Origin: a bacterium
GTDB lineage: Bacteria > UBA10199 > 2-02-FULL-44-16 > JAAZCA01
DNA length: 64,000 bases
Assembly: GCA_963674695.2 (NCBI GenBank)
Contig: CAXXGI010000001.1
Coordinates: forward strand, 448,001 to 512,000
Reading direction: 5' to 3'
Each line of letters begins with the position of its first letter. The stretch's first letter is position 1. The notes under the pieces are model-generated. The model searched no databases, was not told where the DNA came from, and saw only the letters and a list, made by a program, of their open reading frames with translations. Positions 10,901-19,466 of this stretch are shown here, in pieces. Position numbers and translations under genes: made by a program.

Positions 10901-11129
10901 TCTGGATGATGACGCGAATGCGCTCGTTGGCGAGCAGCACATCCCCCACACGCCCCTGCGCCATGGGCCCGCCGATGAGATCGCCTTCATCGGTGATCGT
11001 GAGCGGAGTGATCGGATAGGCCGAAAAATTCGGATCCATCGGCGCCACGCCCTTGTCGCAGGCACAAACCCCGACGACCAGGCAGACCACGATCACTATG
11101 TTGTGCCAAGAGTTCTGCATCGTCACCAT
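7905..11129 (-). CDS. Lipoprotein PHP-domain metallohydrolase (CehA/McbA-like) with carboxypeptidase-regulatory-like domain
   Basis: Lipobox VCAC; PHP motifs DFHVHS, SSDHD, GHLHVFP, NH, DSDSH; ISGSVVDASGTPVQGATV domain. Start trimmed from 11522 to the ATG before the signal peptide (11129 or 11120). Confidence 0.8.
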   Translation of the reverse strand: MVTMQNSWHNIVIVVCLVVGVCACDKGVAPMDPNFSAYPITPLTITDEGDLIGGPMAQGRVGDVLLANERIRVIIQKPRKNAGVNSFGGNIIDADLNRSGAGQDNFGSLFPLVNIEWTVNTYDYEVISDGSDGSAKVLRAKGRIDVYDYLDLDFIGDVAEGVAGQAITFSNRFDDLKNPFDIYGDLKAMSAEVITDYILEPGARGVRIETTFTNEGSDSVEIPMGTFLNGSGQVSMLVPGLGFSPDLMTQVGANTPAVIYAGFDEVDVSYGYFFDPQQFLDPDTGKPHTTTSVSYSDVTGVIFGEEFLKLAPLGSGGEPDIHFSIAPSSSRTITSYFVVGDGSAGSVLDEGLRLLGAARRPISGSVVDASGTPVQGATVAIMDGAAAVITYRTDAQGRFSGDLPTGGDVISRGFGSGRYSVVVDKFGYHLNGTTDAGSCDPATIDLSTRESASITCTLGERGSLMLSGPVIDAETGGAIPARLTIVGEDPSPNKVGSAGRFRSTIHWEERFGIVDVKYLTARGTFDLTGSATLTLEPGTYRIVVSHGPEYTSDERVVEVPAGGQAVLDGLQLRRAARTPGYVCADFHVHSITSPDSKLNHELRVLSAAAEGLDVLQSSDHDYLTDYAPVLARLEDRGLIPPGSMQTSVGDEVTPNHYGHLHVFPLDHDPSDPEGGAFDWSGSNAEEVSPAPDFVWTLDEMIPQLREDPGEEVIMLNHIMDNPTGLLLATGWVTTPFYQEGFGVAPLSTYADPLSRRMPAASGGIPSSFGSSGLMTTDYNAVELVIGMHLHDTEMLYRSAIPTWFNLLNLGQIVAATADSDSHRGAANPMGLPRNFIAHSVDPRDGMGGSHDAIGLEEYARNINALRVSVSAGPVVMVRAVGADGDSAEIGGTVSGSKATFTVEVSAPSWGWFDTIEIYANTEPIPVDDATDMPMQGTAADPAEFYKPYHTPRYTYQPERSFKLSDGTLENWTEEEGVITASVTFEMNVAEDTWVVAMARGTPSTEGYRSLFPIVTYALVDAKDAPEIFDPADLTAFHADPRVGASAWGLANPIFIDADGGGFAAKYVREGISPL

Positions 11130-11385
11130 TATCCCCTCTCGAAGAGAGGCTCGCGTTGTACGGCTGTATCGGCATCTCGCTGAATTTGTTGCGTCTTTAT
11201 TGAACATGCCTGTCCGATGCACGGTGCAGGGCGGCATGGGCATGCCGCGACACGTCGGAGATGCGCTAACATACTGATATATTTGCAATAACATGAATTG
11301 CCCCCGAGGGGAATTCCTTGACGCCGCCCCCACCGATCGCATATGAATCGCTCGCACGCACACCCATTCACCCAGGAGGATCATC

Positions 11386-12477
11386 ATGATCATCGGCGTT
11401 CCCAAGGAGATCAAAACGAAAGAGACGCGCGTGGCCGTCACGCCCGAAGGCGTGAAGCAGTTCGTCGCGGCCGGACACACGGTCTTCGTCGAAAAAAATG
11501 CAGGGGCCCTGTCCGGCTTCAAGGACGAGGACTACACGAGTGCGGGCGCCACGCTCCTGCCGACCGGCAAGGATGTCTGGGACAAGGCCGAGATGATCGT
11601 GAAGGTAAAGGAACCGCTCGAGAGCGAATATAAATATTTCCGCGCCGGCCTCAAGCTCTACACCTATCTGCACCTGGCCAGCGTTCCGCAATTGGCCAAG
11701 GCGCTGTGCGAAGCGAATGTGGAGAGCATCGGCTATGAAACGGTGGAGACCGAAACGGGAAACCTCCCGCTGCTGATCCCGATGAGTGAGGTCGCCGGAC
11801 GCGTCGGCGCGCAGGTCGGAACGTATCTGCTCCACGCCAACCACGGCGGCAAGGGCGTACTCCTCGGTGGCGTCACCGGCACGCGGCCGGGAACGGTCGT
11901 GGTCGTCGGCGGCGGCGTGGTCGGCATCAACGCAGCCGAAGTGGCCTCAGGCCTTCGCGCCGAAACGATCGTCCTCGACATCAGCGACGATCGACTCGCC
12001 TGGATCGAGAAGACCTATCAGGGAAAGATCCGTCCGGTGAAATCGACCGCGCAGTCGATCGCCGAGTGGACGAAAAAGGCCGACCTGCTCGTCGGCGCCG
12101 TGCTCGTCGCGGGCGATCGCGCACCACACGTCGTGACCGAAGAGATGGTGAAAACCATGGAGCCGGGTTCGGTGATCGTTGACGTCGCCATCGACCAGGG
12201 CGGCTGCGTGGAGACGATTCGCGCCACCAGCCACGCAGAGCCGACCTATGTCGCCCACGGCGTCATTCACTATGCCGTTCCCAACATGCCGGCGCTCACA
12301 CCGCACACCTCGACGGAGGCGCTCACCACCGCCACGCTCCCCTACGGTCTGGAACTGGCGACCAAGGGATGGGACAAAGCACTGGCCGACGACGCGGTGC
12401 TGGCCAAGGGCCTGCAGACGAAGAACGGCAAGGTCACGCTGCCGGTGCTGAAGAAACTGTTTCCGGAATTGGCGTAG
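11386..12477 (+). CDS. ald: Alanine dehydrogenase
   Basis: MIIGVPKEIK..ETRVAVTP, KVKEP, YLHLA, PLLIPMSEVAGR, DVAIDQGGCVET, YAVPNMP; AGGAGG RBS. Confidence 0.96.
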   Translation: MIIGVPKEIKTKETRVAVTPEGVKQFVAAGHTVFVEKNAGALSGFKDEDYTSAGATLLPTGKDVWDKAEMIVKVKEPLESEYKYFRAGLKLYTYLHLASVPQLAKALCEANVESIGYETVETETGNLPLLIPMSEVAGRVGAQVGTYLLHANHGGKGVLLGGVTGTRPGTVVVVGGGVVGINAAEVASGLRAETIVLDISDDRLAWIEKTYQGKIRPVKSTAQSIAEWTKKADLLVGAVLVAGDRAPHVVTEEMVKTMEPGSVIVDVAIDQGGCVETIRATSHAEPTYVAHGVIHYAVPNMPALTPHTSTEALTTATLPYGLELATKGWDKALADDAVLAKGLQTKNGKVTLPVLKKLFPELA

Positions 12478-12544
12478 TCTTGTGAGATGGTGAGATGGCT
12501 GAATCGTGAGATGGCGAAACCAGGATAATGACAACCCTTGGATG

Positions 12545-12571
12545 TGTCATCCCCGCGAAAGCGGGGATCTC
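12545..12571. repeat. Half copy of the palindromic element (element 2)
   Basis: TGTCATCCCCGCGAAAGCGGGGATCTC. Confidence 0.8.
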
Positions 12572-12582
12572 GACTTAAAAAC

Positions 12583-12613
12583 AAAAACCGTCTGCGCGAG
12601 CAGGCGGTTTTTT
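12583..12613. terminator. Bidirectional intrinsic terminator between ald and coaX
   Basis: AAAAACCGTCTGC-GCGA-GCAGGCGGTTTTTT between convergent genes. Confidence 0.8.
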
Positions 12614-13364
12614 ATTTCTGGGAATCGTTCCAGGCCAGGCGCAATCCTTCGACGACGAGGTCGGGATGGACGTGTTGGATGCGGGGCAGATGCGGTGCGA
12701 TCGCTCGCGCGCCACCGCCAGTAGCGATGATGACGGGTTTTCCTCCCATCTCATCGAGTATGCGCGCGAGCACACCGTCGATCGCACCGATGAGTCCGAA
12801 GTGGATCCCTGAGGCGATACACGCGCGCGTATTCGTTCCGATCACACGCCGGGGTCGCTTCGCAGAGATCAGCGGCAGCTGCGCGGTGGAATCGGCGAGC
12901 GCCCCCGCCTGCAGCTCGACCCCCGGCAGAATCGCCCCACCGAGGAAGACGCCATCGCTGGAAACCGCATCGAAGGTGACGGCGGTACCGATGTCGACGA
13001 CGATGAGCGCGTGCTCGTAGCGCTCCCATGCCGCGCGCGCAACGAGCAGACGATCGATACCCACCTGACGGGCGGGATAGGAGCCCAGCGGAATCCCGAC
13101 CTCTTTCGGACCCACACGCATGGGCGCAATGCCGAGGAGACGCATGCATTCCCGGCTGATGACACCGGTGCATTCCGGGACGACGCTGGCCAGAGCGCTC
13201 CCCTCCGGCGTGCACCCGGGCTCGAGCGCCCCTTCAAGCTGCGCTGCCAGAGCCTGCCCTGTAGCGACCTGACGCGTCGCCAGCGTCGTGCGCCGCACGA
13301 TCCGCCGCCCCCGAAAGAGCGCCAGATGCACGGTGGAATTGCCGATGTCGATAGCGAGAAACAT
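12612..13364 (-). CDS. coaX: Type III pantothenate kinase
   Basis: LAIDIGNS, ASVVP, VGIDR, VVDIGTAVTFD, GGAILPG, ATGG motifs. Confidence 0.95.
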   Translation of the reverse strand: MFLAIDIGNSTVHLALFRGRRIVRRTTLATRQVATGQALAAQLEGALEPGCTPEGSALASVVPECTGVISRECMRLLGIAPMRVGPKEVGIPLGSYPARQVGIDRLLVARAAWERYEHALIVVDIGTAVTFDAVSSDGVFLGGAILPGVELQAGALADSTAQLPLISAKRPRRVIGTNTRACIASGIHFGLIGAIDGVLARILDEMGGKPVIIATGGGARAIAPHLPRIQHVHPDLVVEGLRLAWNDSQK

Positions 13365-13576
13365 ACCACCCTCATACCGCGCGCCAGAAATAATTCAATA
13401 CATTTCAGTCAGTTAGCGCATCCCCTGCAAAAGCGGTCAAAACCCTACCACTGGGAAGGCCGTTTGGAGCGGTAGGAAAATGACCACCTCGTGGCAACGT
13501 CAGGAACCCCTTGACTCTGAAGGGGATATGGCTTAGAGATCGCCGCTCGTCATCACGCTGGAAAGAGAGGAACGGT

Positions 13577-13939
13577 ATGTCGCTCAATCAGAAATACACC
13601 TGGAACGACTTCCTCCGGGACAACCCCGAGATGAAGGAAAAGGGCATCAAGCGCACCAGCTCCGAGGGCAAGAAGGCCTTCGAGGCCGCGTATAAGAAGG
13701 CGATCAAAGACTATCTGGGCAAGCGCGCCGAGCGCTGCGACACCGAGATCGCCAAGGCGACCAAGCGTCGCGATGGACGCATAACAACGCTCAAGACGTG
13801 CCAGCAGATCAAGAACAAGACCAAGCGCAAGATCCGCAGCGGCATCGCGCAGAAGAAGGTCGGAGCCACCGATCACGCGATCGCTGCACTCTCAAAGATA
13901 AAGGAAAAGACCACACAGCTGCAGAAGACGTTCAAGTGA
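13577..13939 (+). CDS. Small Lys/Arg-rich hypothetical protein (120 aa)
   Basis: GAGAGGA RBS before ATG 13577; strongly host-like codon usage; candidate TTGACT-17-TAGAGA promoter at 13511; terminator downstream. Confidence 0.8.
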   Translation: MSLNQKYTWNDFLRDNPEMKEKGIKRTSSEGKKAFEAAYKKAIKDYLGKRAERCDTEIAKATKRRDGRITTLKTCQQIKNKTKRKIRSGIAQKKVGATDHAIAALSKIKEKTTQLQKTFK

Positions 13940-13947
13940 TCCCGATC

Positions 13948-14043
13948 TGTCATTCCCGCGCAGGCAGCCTGCCCGCCGGTTGTGTGGCGGGGGAATCTCG
14001 CTTTTCATGACAAATCGGGATCCCCGTTTTCACGGGGATGACA
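13948..14043. repeat. Palindromic element 3 with 25-nt nested insertion
   Basis: TGTCATTCCCGCGCAGGC[AGCCTGCCCGCCGGTTGTGTGGCGG]GGGAATCTC...GGGGATGACA. Confidence 0.9.
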
Positions 14044-14066
14044 CAACCAAGGTTTTTCAGCCGTCT

Positions 14067-14095
14067 AACCGCCTCCGAAACGAGGCGGTTTTTTT
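14067..14095 (+). terminator. Intrinsic terminator
   Basis: AACCGCCTC-CGAAAC-GAGGCGGTT followed by a T run. Confidence 0.8.
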
Positions 14096-14123
14096 ATGCG
14101 CTCTCAAGAAGAGTCCCTCTCCA

Positions 14124-14235
14124 GGAGGCGCCATGGCATCTGCACCGCGAGGTGGAGGGCGAACCCATTTTTACAGCTTCATCGGAAAAATGGTTTCGCC
14201 CTCCGCCGGGAGGCGCCGTGGCATCTGCGCTGCGA
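14124..14235. repeat. 27-nt direct repeats flanking a 57-nt hairpin
   Basis: Repeats 14124-14150 and 14209-14235 (24/27 identical); stem arms 14151-14172 and 14186-14207 (20/22). Confidence 0.8.
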
Positions 14236-14255
14236 TGAGGAAATACAGCACGTTT

Positions 14256-15245
14256 TTACGATTGAAGGATCGCGTCGACGAAGGCCTGCGGATCGAAGGG
14301 GCGAAGGTCGTCCATGCCCTCGCCCACACCGATATGCGTGATGGGAATGCCGAGCTGGCCGGCCACGGCGCAGACGATGCCGCCCTTGGCCGTGCCATCG
14401 AGTTTGGTGACGATGGCGCCGGTGAGATCAATCGCTTCGTGAAACTGCCGCGCCTGATTGAGTCCGTTCGATCCCACCGTTGCATCCAGGACGAGCCAGC
14501 GCTCGTGCGGAGCGCCCGGCAGGGCCTTGGCGATCACGCGCCCCACCTTTTTGAGCTCCTCCATCAGATTCACCTTCGTATGCAGACGGCCAGCCGTGTC
14601 GATGAGGACGACGTCATATCCCTTGGCCTTGGCCTTTTCCACGCCGTCGAAGGCGACCGCCGCCGGATCCGCGCCGTGCGCCTGCGCGACGACCTCGACC
14701 TTTAAGCGCTCGCCCCAGACCTGCAATTGTTCGACCGCCGCTGCACGAAAGGTGTCGCCCGCGACGAGGAGCACGCGCTTGCCCTCATTCTGAAAAGCAC
14801 GCGCGAGCTTGGCGATGGTCGTCGTCTTGCCCACGCCGTTCACACCCAACACGAGGATCACGCGCGGGTGTCCCTCGACGGGTCGATGCGAAGAAAAGAG
14901 CGCCGTCAACCGCTGCGCGAGGGCATGTTTGACGGCGGATGCATCCGGCTCCTTCCGAACCGATGCGAGGAGCGTTGCGGTCACATCGATGCCGACGTCC
15001 GCCTCGACGAGCGTTGCTTCCAGATCCGCGAAAAAACGCTCGTCGAGAGTGCCGCGCCCCATCAGGTCATTGAAGCGAGAGGCGATCCGATCGTGTGTGG
15101 ATTTGAGGCCGACGGTCAGCGGGACAGGACCGCTCGCCTTCGGCGATCCCGTGCGTCCGCGCAAGCGCTGCACGACAACGATGATGAGAGCGCCAAAAGC
15201 CACGACGGCGAGGGCCAAACGAATGAGAAAAAGGATATCGGTCAT
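14256..15245 (-). CDS. ftsY: SRP receptor FtsY with N-terminal TM helix
   Basis: GVNGVGKTTTIAKLA, DTFRAAA, DTAGRLH, TKLDGTAKGG, IGVGE motifs. Confidence 0.97.
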   Translation of the reverse strand: MTDILFLIRLALAVVAFGALIIVVVQRLRGRTGSPKASGPVPLTVGLKSTHDRIASRFNDLMGRGTLDERFFADLEATLVEADVGIDVTATLLASVRKEPDASAVKHALAQRLTALFSSHRPVEGHPRVILVLGVNGVGKTTTIAKLARAFQNEGKRVLLVAGDTFRAAAVEQLQVWGERLKVEVVAQAHGADPAAVAFDGVEKAKAKGYDVVLIDTAGRLHTKVNLMEELKKVGRVIAKALPGAPHERWLVLDATVGSNGLNQARQFHEAIDLTGAIVTKLDGTAKGGIVCAVAGQLGIPITHIGVGEGMDDLRPFDPQAFVDAILQS

Positions 15246-15325
15246 AGTGGGTGAGGAGATAGGCGCGTTTCACCCGCGCGTCAAGCACGCTGCACAAGAA
15301 AAGGCCGGGCGAAATCGCCCGGCCC

Positions 15326-15493
15326 AGACTGCTGACAAAGTCCCTTCATGTTATCATTATCCAAAATCGAAGTTTGTCATTCCCGCGAAAGCAGCCTGCC
15401 CGCCGGTTGTGTGGCGGGGGAATCTCGCTTTTTACGGCACATCGAGATCCCCGCTTTCGCGGGGATGACAACGGCAGAGTTTGTCATCAACCT
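15326..15493. mobile_element. MITE-like element enclosing palindromic element 4 (15375-15470), flanked by a duplicated GC hairpin
   Basis: Imperfect TIRs AGACTGCTGACAAAGTC / GAGTTTGTCATCAACCT (13/17). Flanks GGCCGGGC..GCCCGGCC at 15303-15324 and 15494-15515. Confidence 0.65.
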
Positions 15494-15555
15494 CGGCCGG
15501 GCTTTCGCCCGGCCGTCTTCCCTTTCAACTTTTCACTTTTAACTTTCAACTGCCT

Positions 15556-18500
15556 TCAAGCGACCGCCGGCTCTTCCTCGCCCTTCTTCTTGTCATTGCC
15601 CAGGCGCACGCTCACCATCTTGGAGACGCCTGCCTCCTCCATGGTGACGCCGTAGAGCAGATCAGCGAGCTCCATCGTGCGCTTGTTGTGCGTGATGAGG
15701 ATGAACTGCGAGTGCGGCGTCATCGACCGGATGAGGTCATTGAAGCGATCGATATTGGCGTCGTCGAGCGGCGCATCGACCTCGTCGAGCAGGCAGAAGG
15801 GGCTGGGCTTGATGAGGAAGATCGAGAAGACCAGCGCCACCGCGGTGAGCGCCTTCTCTCCGCCGGAGAGCAGTGTGATCGACTGCAGCTTTTTCCCCGG
15901 GGGCTGCGCGATGATCTCCACGCCCGTCTCGAGCAGGTTCTCCTCGTCGGTGAGCAGAAGCTTGGCCTTGCCCCCTTTGAAGAGCTTCGGAAAGAGGATG
16001 ACGAACTGTTCGTTGACCGCATCGAAGGCGCGACGAAAGCGCGCGCGGCTGGTGCGATTGATCTTGGCGATCGCCTTGGAGAGGTTCTCGAGCGATGCGG
16101 TGAGATCGCCATGCTGTCGTTCCAGAAACTCGTGACGAACTTTCAGCTCCTCGTATTCTTCGATCGCATCGACATTGACCGAACCGATCTTCTCGAGCGA
16201 CTCCTTGAGCTCGTGCACCGCAACCTCTTCCGCATCAAGATCGATGTCGTCGCGCGCATAGCGCTCCCAGACCTGGGTCAACTCCATATGATAGCGTTCC
16301 CGGATGGAATCGATCAGATAGGTTGCCCGTCCGCGCTCTTCGGTGAGCTTGAGCTCCACCTCGTGGAAACGACTGCGCGCCTCGTCGTGACGACCGCGCG
16401 CCTCACGGATGGCCAACTCACGGTCGCGCATCGAGGTCTGCCCGCTCTCGAAGCGATCGTGGAGCACGCGCTGCGACTCCTTGAGTTTTCCGATGGAACG
16501 AATCGCCAGATCGAGCTCTGCACGCAACGCTTCAATTTCACGGGCCAGGACAACGGCGCGACATTCAGCAACGCGTCGATCGTTCTCGCGCCGATCGATG
16601 CCGAGAATCGTCTCTACCTTTGTACGCACCAACCCCTCAAGCTCACGGGCCGCAGCGGTCTGACGCTCTTCAGCCTGGGCCAGATCCACTTTCAGATCGA
16701 TCAGCCCCCCCTCTTCGCGGGAGAGCTCGTCGGCCAGCATGCGGGCTGAAGCCTGCGCCTCCTGGAGACGTGCACGCGCCGTCTCGCGATCGGTCGTGTG
16801 CTGCGTAAGACGCATGCGCGAATCGGTCTGTTCATGTTCGATGCCCGCCAATTCCTCGGCCAGCGCCGCCGTCTCGACGGTGAGCTGATCGCGCTCCTGA
16901 TCCAAGCGATCGTGCTCGCTCTTGAGGTGTTCGAAATCGCGCTGGCGCCCCAGAAGCTTGAGCTCTTCCCCATGCGCATCGCGACGAATCGCTTCGACCT
17001 GCTCCTCGAGGTGTTTGACCTGTTCGGAACGACGCAGAACCTCGCCTTCGGCAGCCGTGCGCTGGCCGCGCAGGACGCTCAAACGCTCTTCGAGCTCCTT
17101 GGTACGCCGCTTCTGGGCGATGAGCTGCTCTTCAACACCACCGCCGTCGCCACCGCTGATCACACCGGTGGCATCGACCACGCTGCCGTCGCGCGTGACG
17201 AACGTCTGAGAAGAGGACCCCGTTTCCCAGAGGGCAAGTGCGCGCGGCAGATCCTCGACGAGGACGACATCGCGCAGAAGATGCTGGGCGATCAATCGAT
17301 GATCGTCGCTGAAGCGCACGACATCGGTCATGGCACCGACGACCCCTTCGCCGGAAGGAACGCCTTCGCTCGCCGCATCCGCCCGAAGGGTGAGCGGCAC
17401 AAACGTCCCGCGTCCACGCGCAGCCTGCTGGAGATACTCGATCGCCTCCACGCCCGCACTCTGCGACTGCACGACGACATACTGCAGCTTCTCGCCCAGG
17501 ACCGCCGCGAGCGCCTGCTCGTATTCGGGTTCGGTCTCGAGCAGATCGCCCACCGTCCCCATGACGCCGGAGAGTTTCTCGCCATCGGTATCGGTGCGCT
17601 CGAGCACCGCTTTGACGCCTTCCTTGTATCCTTCCAAATTCTTGCGCAGCTCGCGCAGCGATTCGAGTTTTGAGCGCACATCGGATTCTTCCGACCGCAC
17701 GCACTGGAACTGTTCTTCCGCCCCGGACAACGCCTCGCGCTGCTGCACGAGCGTTGCCGCTGCCGTCTCCGATTCGCCCTCGAGCTTGAATTTGAGTTGT
17801 TTTGCCCCCGCGAGCTCGCGTTCGCGCTCGGTGAGTTCACCATCGATCTGTTTACGCCGACGATCGATCGCGTCGATCTGCGACTGATCCCTGGCCACGC
17901 GTCCGTTGAGATCCACATGCCGACGTTCGAGCTGCGTGAGCGTCGCCTCGAAATTGGCAATCGCCTCGCCGTCACTGGAGATCGCAGCAGCCAGCTGCTC
18001 GCATTCGGCGACCATCTCCCCATGCTGCCCACGAACGCCCGCCACCTTCTCTTCGAGGGTGACCACCACGCTCGTGGAGCCGGCCAGCTGAAGATCCGCA
18101 CGCGCCAGCGCCGTGTTGGCCGCTTCGATGCGACGATCGATATCGGCGCGACGCTCGCGCAGATCAACGAGTTCCTGATCCAACTCATCGCGCCGACGCG
18201 CGGTCGCGGTGCGCTCCTGAGTCCGGTGTTCAATGCCCGCTTCAGCGAGCCGGATCTGTTGCTGCACGCTGTAGAGCTGCTGCTGCACGCCGTCGAGCTG
18301 GCCTTCTACCTCGGCCAGAGAGAGCTTTGCCGACTCGAGGTCCGCCTCGAGCTGTCCCAGCTCGGCCTGCGCCGCCGTCTCCATTTCATTCAGACGCGTG
18401 CTGTCGCCCTCGAGATCCGTGAGCTCCTGGCGAAGTTCGCGATAGCGCGTGGAGGCCACCGCCAACTCGCGCTCGGCCAACTCGTCGTTGATGCGTTTAT

Positions 18501-19152
18501 AGCGCTCGGCCTTCTTCGCCTGTCGGTTGAGCGAATTGATCTGACGCGTGAGTTCGGAGAGCACATCGGTGAGCCGTGCGAGGTTGGAGCGCGTGGAATC
18601 CATCTTCCGCAGCGCCGCCTCCTTGCGCGCCTTGAACTTCGAAATGCCCGCCGCCTCTTCGATGAGCGTGCGGCGATCCTCCGGTTTGGAGGAGATGATC
18701 GAGCCGACCGTTCCCTGCTCGACGATGGAGTAGGCCTTCGTGCCCACACCCGTGCCGAGGAAAAGCTCGACGATATCCTTGAGGCGACAGATCGTCTTGT
18801 TGATGAAGTATTCGCTCTCGCCGGAGCGATAGAGACGGCGGCCGACCTGAATCTCGCTGTAGCTGGCATATTCAGCCGGTGCGCGGCCATCGGCATTATC
18901 GAAGGTGAGAAAGACCTGCGCCATACCGACAGCTGGGCGCGTCTCGCAGCCGTTGAAGATGACATCCTCCATGGCCGAACCACGCAGATGCTTGGCCGAC
19001 ATCTCGCCCATCACCCAACGGATGGCATCGACGATGTTGCTCTTGCCGCACCCGTTTGGCCCCACCACACCGGTGATACCCTCTTCGAACAGGATGACGG
19101 TGCGATCGGAAAACGATTTAAAACCGCTCATCTCCAGGGATTTGATGCGCAT
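15556..19152 (-). CDS. smc: Chromosome segregation protein SMC
   Basis: GFKSF, GPNGCGKSN, long coiled coils with hinge (GRGTFVPL), LSGGEK, LLDEVDAPLD. Confidence 0.97.
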   Translation of the reverse strand: MRIKSLEMSGFKSFSDRTVILFEEGITGVVGPNGCGKSNIVDAIRWVMGEMSAKHLRGSAMEDVIFNGCETRPAVGMAQVFLTFDNADGRAPAEYASYSEIQVGRRLYRSGESEYFINKTICRLKDIVELFLGTGVGTKAYSIVEQGTVGSIISSKPEDRRTLIEEAAGISKFKARKEAALRKMDSTRSNLARLTDVLSELTRQINSLNRQAKKAERYKRINDELAERELAVASTRYRELRQELTDLEGDSTRLNEMETAAQAELGQLEADLESAKLSLAEVEGQLDGVQQQLYSVQQQIRLAEAGIEHRTQERTATARRRDELDQELVDLRERRADIDRRIEAANTALARADLQLAGSTSVVVTLEEKVAGVRGQHGEMVAECEQLAAAISSDGEAIANFEATLTQLERRHVDLNGRVARDQSQIDAIDRRRKQIDGELTERERELAGAKQLKFKLEGESETAAATLVQQREALSGAEEQFQCVRSEESDVRSKLESLRELRKNLEGYKEGVKAVLERTDTDGEKLSGVMGTVGDLLETEPEYEQALAAVLGEKLQYVVVQSQSAGVEAIEYLQQAARGRGTFVPLTLRADAASEGVPSGEGVVGAMTDVVRFSDDHRLIAQHLLRDVVLVEDLPRALALWETGSSSQTFVTRDGSVVDATGVISGGDGGGVEEQLIAQKRRTKELEERLSVLRGQRTAAEGEVLRRSEQVKHLEEQVEAIRRDAHGEELKLLGRQRDFEHLKSEHDRLDQERDQLTVETAALAEELAGIEHEQTDSRMRLTQHTTDRETARARLQEAQASARMLADELSREEGGLIDLKVDLAQAEERQTAAARELEGLVRTKVETILGIDRRENDRRVAECRAVVLAREIEALRAELDLAIRSIGKLKESQRVLHDRFESGQTSMRDRELAIREARGRHDEARSRFHEVELKLTEERGRATYLIDSIRERYHMELTQVWERYARDDIDLDAEEVAVHELKESLEKIGSVNVDAIEEYEELKVRHEFLERQHGDLTASLENLSKAIAKINRTSRARFRRAFDAVNEQFVILFPKLFKGGKAKLLLTDEENLLETGVEIIAQPPGKKLQSITLLSGGEKALTAVALVFSIFLIKPSPFCLLDEVDAPLDDANIDRFNDLIRSMTPHSQFILITHNKRTMELADLLYGVTMEEAGVSKMVSVRLGNDKKKGEEEPAVA

Positions 19153-19318
19153 AGATCTCTCTCGTGTGAAGCTGGTTGCGGCCTGGCATCGACATATTCG
19201 TCATCGGCCATGCCGGTTATCGGTCGTTTGAAAAAATGGTTGCGTAAAAACCGTCGCTCTTTCCCGAAGATGGAAAGAATCCTTCAATAATCGGTTTAAC
19301 GTGCTGAATTTTCAGGAG

Positions 19319-19347
19319 ATTTTATCAGACCCAACCCGCTGGGGCAA
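19319..19347 (-). promoter_or_regulatory. Sigma70-type promoter of smc-ftsY
   Basis: Minus strand TTGCCC-17 nt-TAAAAT with TG extension. Confidence 0.65.
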
Positions 19348-19354
19348 TCAAAAA

Positions 19355-19406
19355 ACACTACAAGTTGTGGTGTGCCAAGTTTTTGACGACTACATCTTGT
19401 GGATAA
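19355..19406. promoter_or_regulatory. Tandem NrdR-like boxes plus overlapping DnaA box upstream of smc
   Basis: ACACTACAAGTTGTGG (19355-19370) and CGACTACATCTTGTGG (19387-19402), 32 bp apart. TGTGGATAA (19398-19406) is the DnaA-box consensus. Confidence 0.7.
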
Positions 19407-19466
19407 GTCGGAGACTACGCGATTTTCCAGCGGGAATTTCCATCACCTGACTGGCCTGACTGGCTA

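Noticed and set aside
13445-13462. CCACTGGGAAGGC resembling a cobalamin riboswitch B12 box
   Set aside because: The other conserved riboswitch elements are not evident and no B12-related gene follows.
14124-14235. Mini CRISPR array
   Set aside because: Only two imperfect repeats, a self-complementary 58-nt spacer and no cas genes.
14100-14250. SRP RNA, glycine riboswitch or HDV-like ribozyme next to ftsY
   Set aside because: No SRP domain IV motif, no glycine aptamer core, and I could not build the HDV nested pseudoknot. Kept only as an unexplained repeat/hairpin.
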